Part shown: in pieces, positions 51,614 through 64,000 of the stretch
How positions within the stretch are numbered: the first letter of the stretch is position 1
Layout of the letters: each line of letters starts with the position of its first letter
Source of the DNA: Kondoa subrosea
Lineage: Eukaryota
Direction of reading: 5' to 3'
Length of the DNA: 64,000 bases
Assembly (NCBI GenBank): GCA_039545335.1
Contig: BCIN01000002.1
Location: forward strand, 186,001-250,000
Notes under the pieces: model-generated
What the model was told of the DNA's origin: nothing
Databases searched by the model: none
The model's input: the letters and a program-made list of their open reading frames with translations, nothing else
Position numbers and translations under genes: made by a program

Positions 51614-54600
51614 CTATTCTGGGCGTCTAGCTTTGACCTTGAGTCCTTCGAGATCGCCAGTGGCTTGACAGAGCGAGTAGAAGCGACTGTTAGTCTGTTC
51701 CAAGAGTTCAGCCGGCTGGCCACCTTCTATCAGATGACCATCGTGCATAACAAGAACCTTATCGTAGTCGACTATGGACTGAATCCGATGTGCGATGCTG
51801 ATGACGATACAGTTTGACAATTCCCTGATTACTTCTTGTACCTAAAAAGGAGGTGAGTCTCGAATTCGCCAGTGGAAGTTCAAGGACATACCTTCTGGTC
51901 GGCAGCAGCATCGAGACTTGCAGTAGATTCATCGAAGATATAGACAGTAGTATTCCGCAATAAAGCTCTGGCGAGTGACAAGAGTTGTCTCTCGCCCGAA
52001 GAGTAGTTGTCGCCTTCCGATGATATAGCTTCGTTGAGTTCGAGATGTGTAAGGCCGACAGTTTTCAATACCGCAAGGAGCTCCGAGTCTGCGTGTCTCT
52101 CAAGAGGATCTAAATTAAAGCGGACTGTTCCTGCGAAAAGCGTCTTCACATGACATCAGTACAACAGCAGCCCAAGACAGAAAGATGCTCACAGGGTCTT
52201 GTGGAACGATTGATACACGCGATCGAAGCTCGTGCAGCGAGATCTTCGAGATATCAACGCCATCAATTCTGTACAATGGATCAGCCCATCATAAGGAAAT
52301 GGGAAGGATACGATAGCTTGCCTGATGGATCCACTGCTCAATTCCGCAACTCTCAGGAAGCACAGAGCGAGACTACTTTTGCCAGAACCTGTTCTTCCCA
52401 CGACTGCAATCTTTTGCCCAGGTTGAACGGAGAAACTGATGCCCTTTATGACTGGTTCGAATTCGGGGGCGTAGCGAAACACTAAGTCTTCCACTTCGAT
52501 TCCACCACTGGCGGAAGGCCAATACGCAGGCGGGAGTGCGCCTTGTCCTGGTGCTGAACGTTCTTCAACCGTCTGAAGAAGCTCGTCTATACGCTCGACG
52601 GCGCTGAGATCTAGTTCAAGTCCAGCAGCAGACCTAGATTGAGGTGAGTGAATTGACCTCAGGTCAACGCGATACAGCATACCAGATTAATTCATGAATT
52701 CCGGTAACAAAAGTCTGGGCAGAGACCAATGCGAAAGCAGCCAGCCCTTGCGAAATGTTGAAATGTAAAACCAGTAGTGTCAGAGCACCGACAGCTATGC
52801 TTCCAACTGCATCGAAGCGTCCTTTCAACCAGAACACTCCAGACCAATAAAACTAGTATCAAGCGTTAGAATTAGCCCCGCCTGGCATGAAATTGACAGA
52901 CGTGATCATAGCCTTGAAAGGCATCTACTCGGTCATACATCAAGTTTTCATAAGCATTGATTTGGCCAAAAGCTCTAACGGTCATCAAACCGCCAAGAAC
53001 TTGGGAGATCGTCGTGAAAAGTGGAGATCGATATTTGCTATATAGGATTTCAGGAATTGCATATGAAGCGCGAATTGCCACTTACTTCTCAAGCCGCCTC
53101 AAGTCTCTCGTCAGATTGCGGTATGGACCCGCGAGCCACCAATAGAATGCTGCAAGTAGTAGCGCAAATGGCAGGAATGTCGGTACAAAAAATAGCACAA
53201 CAGCTCCTGCCGAGACGAAAGCGATGAACTGGTCCAAATAGCCACGGACGGAACCTTGTAGATTGTCTTCAGCGGTTCCGATATCTGAAACCAACCTGTT
53301 GAGGATGCGGCCAACAGGACTGATATCAAAGCTGCGAAAGACGATGTTAGTGAAGGCATTGCAGCATATAACTCACGTACTATCGTGATGGTGCTCTAAT
53401 GACCCGTTCGAGACATTGATTGAACAGGGTCTTGGCGGCTTGATATGCAGCCCAAATTCCGGTCAAAGATCGCGTGAAAGAAATGAGAGACGAAGCTAGT
53501 AGCACTCCCAAGTATAGTAGAAGCCAAGGATTAGGGTCGACTGAAGGATTTGGCAGATCAAGTGACTTTATGACGATGAATGCTTCTTCTTGATGGTAGG
53601 CTTCTCCCTACCAGCATATATGAAGTTATATATTCGAGATTGACGAAAGACATACCCAGGCTTTCAATACCCAATTCTCGATGTATTGGGATGTTCGAGC
53701 CAAGATCAATAGGGAGAGCATAATACCCCATAAGTAATAGCCTGAGGCTTTCAGATAAGTAGTATAAACCGTCCAGCGTACACTCCCAGATTGCCTCTTT
53801 TCGTCGGACAGAAATTTGTGTGCCTGAATGGGGTCTTCCACTAACGTTTCTGCTGATTCTGCAGGAGACTGGATGGCTGTCTTCTCGTTCTCTACTTCTC
53901 GCTTTATTTCTTCGACGCTCTTGTCTTCTCTCGCCGAAACAAAGCCATCCTTCACGTCGAGGATCATATCAGGAGTTGAAGCAGATAGGCATAGTTTTAC
54001 GTGATGGGTAACAAGAATCACACAGCGATTCTGGACAAGAGGTCCAATCAGAGCTTGAGTGAAGACGTGATGCCCAGATACTGCGTCTAAGGCGCTCAAA
54101 GCGTCGTCGATCAGAAGATAGGGAGCATGGCTGTATAGTGCCCTGTTTGGAATGTCAGCTACCTGACAGATAGAACATTTGCTAATGCTGACCTAGCCAA
54201 GGCCACGCGAGCTTTCTGACCGCCGCTGCGAGTAAGAAGTCAGTCTGATACCTCAAGGCCGAGACTACAAAATTACCTGAGTGAAACACCTCGCTCTCCG
54301 ATCTCTGCAATCAACAGGTCAGACAGGCTAACATATAAGACAACTGACTTACCTGACCGATCACCAGCAGGAAACGCAACTAGGTCTGTTTCTAACGCAC
54401 AAGCTTGTACCACAGCTTGGTAGCGTTCCGGATCGTAGGCAGAGTGGAAAAGAATGTTGTCTCTGATAGTCTTTGACTCTAACCACGGATGTTGCGCACC
54501 TGCGGTTACTTCAGCGGTAGTCGAAAAAGAATGATAAAGCCTTACAATAAGCCATAGCTCCATTGTAAGCAGGTAAGGCTCCTTTTATGCTACCTCCTGC

Positions 54601-57005
54601 GTGATCCAACTCGTTCAGGAGGGCAGCCAGAATAGTTGATTTTCCGCCTAGTAAAAGCTATGGTCAGTGACATGGATATTACAGGAAACCTTAAACTTAC
54701 TGCCAGATGGTCCTGTGATCAAAACCAAACCCTTCGACGGCATCGCAATATCCGGAACTTGCAACTCAAAGGGTTTTCGGACAACTTCCGTCGCCTCGTT
54801 GCCTCCTACTGGATAAGCATATGTTCCGGCTGCAAGCTTGAGATCAGTCTTTCTTTGAGCTATACCTGCAGTGATGCCTCGTTGTTCTGGTTCGGCGAAA
54901 TAGCGTTCCAGTCTTCTAACCGAGACCAACGTATTCAAAGCACTCAACAAGGATCGAGGTAGTGTAGTCATTGCTGGAGTCAACATTCCATAGAGAGATA
55001 TCACTGCACGATCTTAGTTGACATACGCGATCAGCAATAGGAAGCTCACCGGGAAACGTTATGGGGACAGTGAGTTTTCCACCTGCCAACTTTGAATAGC
55101 AGACGAAAGCAATGAAGATCATACTTGGCAGTGTAAGAATGCTGCACACGCATGAGAAGACTTCAGCGATCGTGTGAGAGCAGACTTACACAACCAGATT
55201 GATTAGCGCATCAATGATATTACTCTTCAAGCGCAGTTTTAGCTCCGCATTACGAGCTTTCTGAGCTTTAGATAGCCAAGGAGTTTCCCAGCCAAAGTTC
55301 TTTAGCAAGCGAATAGACTCTAGGATTTCAGTCACTAGCGATATACGTAAGTCTTTGGCGTGCAATGTTTTGCGACGCAGAGCGACTTGAATTTTGCCTA
55401 AAGGATATCCCAACGCGGTAAAGAAGAGAAAGATGCCGAATGAGGTGACTACAAAACCGGTGAGGCTCATCCAATGTCAACCAAATGACTACTCACATGT
55501 CGCCCAACCAAGAATACTGAGATCATCTTCATCAGTATTGATAAGACAGTTCTAAAGAATGGCCCACCTGTAGAGTACACTAACCGCAATTGTTATCTCA
55601 ACAGGAACTACAACCAATTCGCCAAACCCGGTCCAGAACCCTGTGGAAAGTATCAGAAAGGACGGCTTGCTTTGACCATCAGTAGCATTTATCTCACATC
55701 CTGAAACATTATAGGCATCACCGCTAACGAAATTGACAATCCTACCAACATTGGCACTGGAATTGCTTTCTTCGTCATCATCTTCTTGAGATACAGTAGC
55801 TGTCAACTGTCTTCTCAAAGCCTTGTTGACAATCCGACACATTAAGTAACCACGAGTTCTTTCGTAGGATCGTCGCATATGCCAACCCCAAACACTTTCA
55901 ACCACACATCGTAATAATCGGGCAGCTATAGTAACAAAGACTAGGAAGACGACTGATTTTCGTGCTGATGGATCGTTCGAGCCTAATCCTTCCAGAATCG
56001 CTTTGAGTAATAAAGGCGGTACGAAAGCCAAGCAAAGGGAGACGATACGAAGGCCGACATCGAGCTATTGGAGAGTATCAGTTCTAGTCGAGTCGAGTCT
56101 AGGTGCCGTAACCTACAGTAAGATCTTGCACGTTTGCTTTGACGAGCTGTAAAAGTAGATTTGAAGCTCTTTACATGTGTGATTAGCCCCTTTGAGGCTT
56201 CTTTCACAATAAAGACTTACTTGATCTCATCAAAAGCTTGATACACATTCCTGTGTAGAAACTCCGGTGCTAGCTTGTACACTTCATCATCCTCCAAACT
56301 CTTCTCTTTAGCTGCTTTGAGCAAATCTCCAACCCAAACAAAAGTCCAATACGTCCATAAGGTCAGCCCATGCTCTGGCGACGATTGTTTCAAGCTCGGT
56401 TTATCACCTCTTGAGGCCGCATTGCTCGGTCTCGAGGGAGATATAGGTAGAGTGAGCGTTAAGATGAACAAAGAGAGGGCTAGTATTGTTTGTATGAAAA
56501 CTAGTGGAGATTGTAAAGAGCTCTCGTAGAATGCTTCTAGACTATAACTGGTTGCATAGACGGTGTAGAGGAGCAGCAATCGATAAGAAGGTGTGATCGG
56601 CTTGCTGGCAGCGAGGAGAAGTGTTGCGTACAACCACACGAATACTGGCAGCAATGATCTTGTAGTATATTCTTGCTGCTTATGGTGGATAAGAGTAAAA
56701 GTTGCTGTATAAATATGTGTTGCCAGAAGAAGACTGCTCAGACAAAGGAAGCCAATATATTTCCGGACGGAAAGAGTATGCTGAATGATATTCGGCTCGA
56801 CGTCTTCAATAAGGATAAGTTGCGTCCAAGGATGCTTGAAGCGAGAGATAAGTCGTCTAGCAATTGGCACAGCATTGAGCAGTGTATAGAACAGGAAGCT
56901 CAAAACGAGAAGCGCTGGCAGGTAGAGTTGTAGAATAGTATGATAGAAGCATCTGGACAGCTCTGAGTGCTGTGAGTCCCAAGGAGAGCAAGGCATAGAA
57001 ATCAT
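51614..57005 (-). CDS. Full-length ABCC/MRP-type ABC transporter (Ycf1/Ybt1-like, with N-terminal TMD0)
   Basis: Two NBDs (GPSGSGKS, SLSGGQKARVALAR, LLIDDALSALD; VGRTGSGKSS, NYSSGERQLLSLAR, FDESTASLD, IAHR) and multiple TM regions; >15 introns. Confidence 0.95.
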
Positions 57006-57200
57006 GCTTAGAAGTGATCTTCGGTCGAAAGCAGATCTCTGGGCCAGGGTATAAGAGACGGATGAAGAGAGTGATATCAAGCTAGCACTGGTATGGTCCA
57101 AGGAGTGGCCAGGTATCTTCGCAGGCTTTGGCGCCGCTGTTAGCGATGAACGTCTCTTATGTTCCGGACGACGAAGCCAATCTCTCGGATTTTAAGTACA

Positions 57201-58524
57201 ATGGTCCAGAACAACACGTTCGTGTCGTCGAGAGCTGTGCTACAGACCCCTGATACCCTCTTTTCAGCAATTCCGCTTGCTGCGTGAGTTCCATCTATTC
57301 TCGGATTAGGTAATGCATGGTCTGATGTATGTCATGCAGACAATTCCTCCTGTAAAGTCAGACTATCAAGCTAAAGGCTCGTATACCACTCTTGGTGGAC
57401 TCAAGACCTACAGCGTTGGCAAGGACGACAGCAAGAAAGCGTTAATTTGTTGCTACGATATATTTGGTTATTTTGTGAGCATCCTTGCTTCCATATCGTC
57501 TGTATTGCGCTGATGATTATCGTACAGCCTCAAACCGAGCAAGGCGCCGACATTCTAGCCAAAGAGTTGGATGCCCGTGTCGTCATGCCTGACTTCTTGG
57601 AAGGTGAGCTTGATCTGGTTGTACTGCGTAGCTATGCTAAGGACTACACATACAAGGTAAACCATGGCCAAATGTGAGTATTCTCAATCTTCACGCCAAA
57701 TCCGCTCAGAATCGATTAATCTTCTCAGGACAACGTAAGCGGCTTGAGGAACTGATCAAGTACTGGTCTCACAACGTCTCTAGTTCCCACCTAGAGATGA
57801 TGAGACCAAGAAGAAGCTCGATGAATGGTTTGGCACTGTTGCTGCTCCAACCAGAGTTCAGCGTGAGTGCCTTCTCGTCGCTACAATAGCACGCTCATCC
57901 TTCAATAGCAATGATCACCAAGGTCGCTGATGAGCTCAAGTCCAAGGGTGTTGAGTGAGTTAATCCAACACTACTCTCAAGTTGCGAGCTGAAAGCAGCC
58001 AGATCTCTCGGCATGTACGGCTTCTGGTGAGCTTCTAGAAACTTACGAGAGAATACCTCCACTCAGTCTTTCTAAAGCTGGGGAGGCAAGATGACTGTTC
58101 TTGCTGCACATGCTGGATCACCTTTCGCCGCATCAGCTCAAGTTCACCCAGCTATGGTCGATGCTGGTGATGCTGAAAAGCTTGACAAGCCTCATGCTTT
58201 CTTCCCATCCAAAGATGAACCTGAGGAAGATGTCAAGAAATTTGTTGCTGCTTTGGAAAAATCAAAAGTCAGCGACAAATGCGTCTTCAAGAATTACGAT
58301 ACGTGAGATAATTCACGTCTATGGCTTTTTTTTTACCGTTGCTGATGATTGGAAACAGAGTTCATCATGGTTTCGCCGCTGCTCGAGCTGATCTCAATGA
58401 TCCAGAGAACAAGAAACAATGTTAGTCGCTTTTCTCGAGGTTTCGCTTCACTTTTGACACGCATTCAACAAAAGACGAGGATGTCTATGGACGTCTGGCT
58501 GCTTTCTTCAAGGCTAACTTGTAG
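57201..58524 (+). CDS. Dienelactone hydrolase family protein (Aim2-like)
   Basis: ACCTIPPV, YDIFG, QTEQGADIL, VMPDF, GFCWGGK nucleophile, SKDE, HHGF.AAR; roughly 12-13 introns. Confidence 0.92.
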
Positions 58525-58932
58525 ATAGCTGTTGGATTTAGTAAACGAAAGGAATGAAACGAAATTGCAAGAAATGGAACACGTTCATTGCCTTTAGCGT
58601 TATCTGATCAGACTATTGGCAATCCTTATGGACTTGCGTATGCGCGAGCTGAGACTTAAGTTATGCGAGTAGATTACTTAGTCGAAGCATCATTTCTTCG
58701 AAAAGGCTTTGTTTGCAGCTTGAGCTTGTTCGACCTTTGAAGTCTATCCGTCAAGTCCAGCCTTACATCTAAAGACCTTGACGGTAGGACTGGCAAGCTA
58801 TAGCGCTGGCTTATTGGTCCATACTTCCCTTTTTACGATTTCGACATCTGAAGTTCTGTAGAACACAGTGGACGAGATCTCATTACGACTTTTCCCTAGC
58901 TGCACCGACTTGTTCCACAAGACTCTGCGATC

Positions 58933-60403
58933 ATGGTGATACCTGCTTTGAAAGTCGGATCAGAGCTGTTGAACTCGAATCCTGCCTCTGCTTCTCATTT
59001 CGCTCGTTTACCATTCGAAATAAAGAAAGAGATTGTTATGCTTCGTGTACTACCAGAGAATGACTTTAGCGGAAGTAAGCTCATCGCAAAGGAATCTGCT
59101 TAACTCTCGCTGATATCCTGTAGTACCAGACCCTGAATTTGCTGCTTACCCTTGTACTCTGATGCTCAAGACCTACCTTCAATGTCTCACCTCTCTGGTC
59201 GCGGTCAATCGTGACTTCTATCACATTTTATCACCTCTTTTGAAAGAACGAGTGTTCTTCAATGCATGGTCTCAATTATCTGATTACCTCACTACTGGTC
59301 CATCTTCAAGTCCTCGCTTTCAGATACTAAAAGAAGTCCACTTCGTCATTCGTCAAGAGGCACCACCGCAGCCAGTATCGGTAGCTCATCCACCTGATAT
59401 AATTGCCGGTGACATCAAGCGCTTGGTCATTTTTTGTCCATTGTTGCAGGCTGTTACCTTTCGTGTCTATGAGAAGAAGGTACTCTGGCAGGAGATAGAC
59501 GAAGTGTTGATTCCGTCTTACCGAGTCTTGGAATCCGTAACGAGCGAATTGAACCAAGCTGGCATTATTTGGACAATCTTGGATGGTAGCAATAGGCAGG
59601 CATCATCAACAGCACCTGAATACACTTTTCCAGACGCAAAGAGCATGCACCTATTTTTCACCACCATCCATTACCGTCCAATACTTTTTATCGATGGTGT
59701 ATATTCTGGGTTTTGGGATGATGACCTTGCGCTTACAGTGCCCTCTCTCAAGCACATCTACATTGAAGACGATGCCCAAGGTTTAATTGATGCGGAATCA
59801 ATTGCCGGTGTTCTTGACAGCGCCAAAGACTCTTTACAAAGTTTACGCATTAATTTGCCAATTGCCTATTGTGGCGAATTGTCTTCAGCCTCATATTGTC
59901 CCTATCTCACACACCTCACACTGCTTGCAAATTGTATGGTCGTCAACATTTTTGAAGGTTTTGAGCTCTTTCCACCTGTTCACAATCTGAGACTGCCATG
60001 GGTCCACTCAGTACTTTCTCTTGTCGATATTTACAAGCTATTGGAGAGGAATGAAGCTAGAATTGTCAATCTTAAGCACATCCAGATAGACTTACCTGAA
60101 GATTGGGAACAAGATGGAGAACAGGATACACAGAGACTGAGCGCAGTCTCAGAGATTGGTAACGAAGATCTCCTACAATACTATGAAATGCCTGATGCAC
60201 TCTTCTGGTTGCACTTGGGAGAAATCAGTCAATATAATTTCGAGTTGCATCGGGGTAAGCTTACCATCAGGACCATCAGAGATTGGAAATGGCAGATTCT
60301 TTGGAGGTTGCAGAATGATTTGCAGCAGAAGGGCATTGCGGTAGAATTCTGGGTTGGACAGGTCAGAGTTGGTTTGGATCATGTTGGTTATGTCAGGTGG
60401 TAG
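58933..60403 (+). CDS. F-box-like / degenerate LRR protein (may extend to a short terminal exon ending ~60491)
   Basis: N-terminal FARLPFEIKKEIV F-box-like motif, intron ~59075-59122, then LxxLxL-type repeats (LKHIYI, LQSLRI, LTHLTL, LKHIQI). Confidence 0.6.
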
Positions 60404-60915
60404 ATCGTCCACCAAGCGACTATTGCATCGGTGAGCGCCAGTTGTATAATTCTGCTTCTACTGATGTTTCTGTTAGGCTGTCGAGGAATGACATGTAACA
60501 TCGATATTGTACTCTCTGATAGACCGGCCCTTTTGCGCTCTCTCTACACCTGTCGTTACTCTCATCTTTCCTTCAGGCTGTCTCGCGCCGCATACTTTGG
60601 ACTACTACATCTCGTGTTGGCACAAACTGTAGCAAGTCCGTCTGCTCGAGCGGCCGCAACATCAATTCAAGGTCGTCATTGTATGACCAGATCAGGAAGC
60701 CGGGAGAGTTGATGTAAATAGGCCCTTGCGCAGCGCAAAAAGCATTTCACAAACGTTACAAACCTTTCACAGTTCACAGCACAATGAGCTATTTAAAGCG
60801 ATTCGAAGTTCTTCCCTTTCCACGACTCATTAACGATCTTTAAGCAGCTGCTGACCTCGCCCGGAGCGTACCTTTGACTTCAGCAATCCTCAAGACCCTT
60901 CAAGACTCTAAAGCA

Positions 60916-62121
60916 ATGCTTTGCAAACACCTCTTTACACTTTCTATTGCCGCTGTCGGAGTGCTGGCCACTTCACAGCGCGCTCAAGGTCGCCAGATTC
61001 AAAAGGCTCAAGGTCCTGCTTTACATGGTAGAGCTCCGAATGGTTTCGTCAAGAAAAGACATGTTCGCAAAAGAGCTTGCAAGGCTCCTTCTTCCAAGGC
61101 TTCCCCTAGCAGCTCTTCGACTGCCGCATATGCTGCACCTACGTCGACTGGATCGACTAATGGTTCAAGCTCTGATTCTGGCTCTTCCAACCCTGTTGCA
61201 CAAACTGTCGAAGAAGTCGCGACTACTTCCCTCAGCAGCCTTTCTTCTCTCGGTATCACTCATTTCATGGGAAGTAACTCTGGTATTGGTTCCTGGTTTG
61301 TGCGTTCTGCAGTTGACTGGCTCGGCTTTTCCTTCTGATGATGTAACATTCAGAGGACTGACAACTCAAATGATGACACAAACGGTCGTTCTTGGTGCCA
61401 GCTCAATTACCAAGACTGTGAGTATTAGACTAGATGTCTCTTTCTTTGCTGACTGAAGCATCCAGCCTGGGTTGGTTTTGCACCGTAAGTTTGAAATGCT
61501 TCGGCGCGTCGTGTTCGTCTCACAATGCCTCAGAGATGTATCGGCTATGTTGAGTGACTTCGGAGGAGATCTGCCAAAAGCTGCTACGGCTTATGTATGT
61601 CTCCTTTACCTCTATGCTGGCGATTTGCTGATGATTCTGTAGTGTGTACGGCTGTCTGTTTGAGCTGCAGACTTCTTCTGACAGCTAGTACAGGGACTGG
61701 AGGCTAAAGCAACGGATCCCGCGACTGGTAACTCAGTTTTGATGTATGTTGTTGGTAAGTCTGCTCACCTCCGAAGGTATGTTTGCAGCTAACATTGTCT
61801 TAGATGGCTTTGATCCTCAATGGGTATGTCGAGTCTTCTCGGAATGCTTATGCCACTAAGATTGTATTCAGGTCAAGACTCCGCAAAGCGTTGATCTAAC
61901 GTTGGCGGCCGTGCGTCGCTCTTTTCACCTATTTCTTGTGACCTACTGATCCTCCGTGCAGTTCAAAGCTCTGTATGGATCGACTACGGACGACAAGGAC
62001 ACGGTCATTATGAACCTGCAATGGGAATGGACAGGCAAAAGTGAGCGTCTTCCGACAATTTGAGAACGTATCTGATCTGTTTCCAGGAAACCCAACCTAC
62101 GCCTACAACAGCGGCAATTGA
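60916..62121 (+). CDS. Secreted RlpA-like double-psi beta-barrel (expansin/loosenin-like) protein
   Basis: Signal peptide, Ser/Thr linker, then GIGSWF..NGRSWC..Y.D...FAP...YCGLEA...G.S..MYVVDGFD.....SVDLT..AF..L...W.WTG; ~10 introns. Confidence 0.8.
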
Positions 62122-62492
62122 AGGAGCTGGTCTCTGTAGAAGTTTAGAAGGCGCTGTGCGCTCACAACCAGTCGTTTAGTTTTTCAAGTTGCATTGCATC
62201 AGTCGTGAGGGATATGTCTTTTGTTGACTGCGAAGAATGCTCGTTGCGCCTGCTCTTCACTTGTGTACTTCGTAGCTACGGCGATATCTCGCTGGCGCTT
62301 TTTCAAGTTTCGCTTGGGTCTCTTGTTTTGAACGAGCGTCCCGAGATACCAGAACTTTGGCGTGCTATATCACCTTGCTCAGATATCTACTAGCTGGCTC
62401 TTTCACTGTCCACTCGTCAAGGTTTAGCTGCCTTGAAACGTTGAAACGATTGAGACCTTGTTCTGGCTCTTACCTCTCGTCTACTCGCAATC

Positions 62493-63641
62493 ATGTCCCG
62501 CGATTCACATCCTGAGCTAGTCCAAGAAGCGCGAGCGATAGCTGATCAATACTTACAAGAGCCTCTGCGCACGACATTTGAAGCAAGAATCGAGCGTCAA
62601 AAGCTTTGGTCTTGCAGCATAGAGAATATGTCTTCAGAAGTAGTCAGAGTACTTGCGCTCAGATTCAATATCTCAAGGGCTCCCTGGCTCTTTCTCGCAG
62701 ATGTTGAAGCTCAGGCCGGCCTCTTTATTTCGCGCTCTGAACATGTACCAGCAATAGGTTGGGCACTCAGCGTCAAGAGGGCCGCAAAAGAAGAGTACTA
62801 TTTAGCTGGTGTACCATTGGAATTGAGTAGAGACCTGCGTTTCCTTGGACATCTTCGTCACTTCCCTCCGGCTTATGTGAAAAGGATGTTTGTGGTGCTG
62901 TTGTTGCTCTTGGAAAGGTTTATGCAATGTTCTTGTTCAGATGAAGGCAGGCCGGAGAAATTGGAACGGGCTGGAGCCAAGTTTTTATCTGTGATTGTGG
63001 AAAGCGCCTACAAGTTGTATTCTTCGAATCCTGTTTCTTGTCAAGAAGCCTTCGACACGACACAGGACCAAGCATCTCCTCTATCCGCACTATTGCGACT
63101 TTGCGCGGTCATTGATAGGGATATGGCGAAGCCCTTATCATCCCGAGATGAATGGGAAGATTTGGCCTCGCTGGGGGCTGCGAATCTTGTCTTCCTTCGA
63201 TACCCACTCCAAACCTTCCGATCAAAGCCTGACTTCTTCCAGTCTTGTTTCAAGATAGAAGATCCGATTCGGCGGCCAGAGCTCTTCAAAACCTTCCCAA
63301 GGAGAAAAGCTCGACAGATTTGCATAGACTTCACAAAGCTGACGAGAATTTTATCGCTGCTTGTAACACCTGCGGGATTTGGGAGGAAGGTTGTGACGCT
63401 GCAAAGATGATCAAGCCATGCTCCGACTGTGCGGGAATGAGCTATTGTAGTGAGTGTTCTGGCATACTTTCTGCTCCCCTGGCTTATATTCTGTAAAGGC
63501 AGAGCATGACAGAAAGCTGGTTCGTGACTGCTTCCTATTATATACTGACACTGATGCCTTTGTAGATTGGCATCAGCATAAATATCAGTGCTCGAAAATC
63601 AGCAAGAATTTAGAACGTTCTGCATGGTCGCTTCTCGCATG
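62493..63641 (+). CDS. Hypothetical protein with C-terminal MYND-type zinc finger (frame junction unresolved)
   Basis: 305-aa ORF followed, in another frame, by CNTC..PCSDC..MSYCS and a later exon DWHQHKYQC. Confidence 0.6.
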
Positions 63642-64000
63642 ATTTATTGTCACTCCAGCTTCTTCAATGGAATTCTTCTGGTATTGTGCGTTGTAGTTCT
63701 GCCAGGCGATCTTTCTCTGTTATTCTATTCGTCCTGTGTTTTCCACGACAGACTTTGTTGCTGCCAGACGTAATCCCACGTTCATTTGAATCTCCGAATG
63801 TCTGTCGAGACATACACTACACGTTGTGATGGCCGGCTCAGTAGGCGCTGGTGTCACGCTTTTCGTAAATGCGCAGGACGTCTCCTGCCTGACATTCTAG
63901 CTTGTTCTGCTCTGGCCAGTATGAGCTTGATGGTCTGTGCAGAATCTCCAGTCAGCGTTCTTCTACATTATCTCTGCGCCAGGGATAGCTCTATGCTCCG

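Noticed and set aside
1..64000. CRISPR arrays, rRNA, prokaryotic operons or defence systems
   Set aside because: The sequence is eukaryotic with spliceosomal introns throughout, and no regularly spaced repeat array or rRNA-like sequence was seen.

Overview
This is a gene-dense, intron-rich fungal (eukaryotic) genomic window. Introns are mostly ~45-65 nt GT-AG with CTRAC/CTRAY-type branch points, and microexons are common. A basidiomycete origin, possibly Pucciniomycotina, is my inference from intron style and protein families. The six-frame ORF track fragments nearly every gene, so I rebuilt exon chains by eye; boundaries are approximate. About 30 protein-coding genes are visible: an SNF2-family ATPase (truncated at the left edge), GH15 glucoamylase, two tandem LtrA-like membrane proteins, an ER TPR/J-domain co-chaperone, a small secreted Cys-rich protein, an AIM11/TMEM242-like protein, a DUF866/CZIB protein, an IQ-motif protein, proline iminopeptidase, LST8, a GT64-like protein, an AA11-like LPMO, CDC50/LEM3, MIS12, two MYND-finger proteins, LCP5, EFM5, Fe-ADH, BIO2, an ABCC transporter, dienelactone hydrolase, an F-box-like protein and an RlpA/DPBB protein. 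I saw no rRNA, tRNA, CRISPR array or intact transposon. The most interesting candidates are: (1) an intron-containing host gene at 22995-25013 whose spliced N-terminus reads like a retrotransposon Gag capsid domain fused to a long disordered tail (possible domesticated Gag); (2) extreme microexons, including a probable 1-nt exon completing a zinc-ligand Cys (15371) and a 3-nt exon encoding a Cys (61643-61645); (3) two examples of intron evolution, namely duplicated exon+intron units and reciprocal intron differences between tandem paralogs; (4) a secreted Cys-rich orphan protein that the ORF track largely misses.
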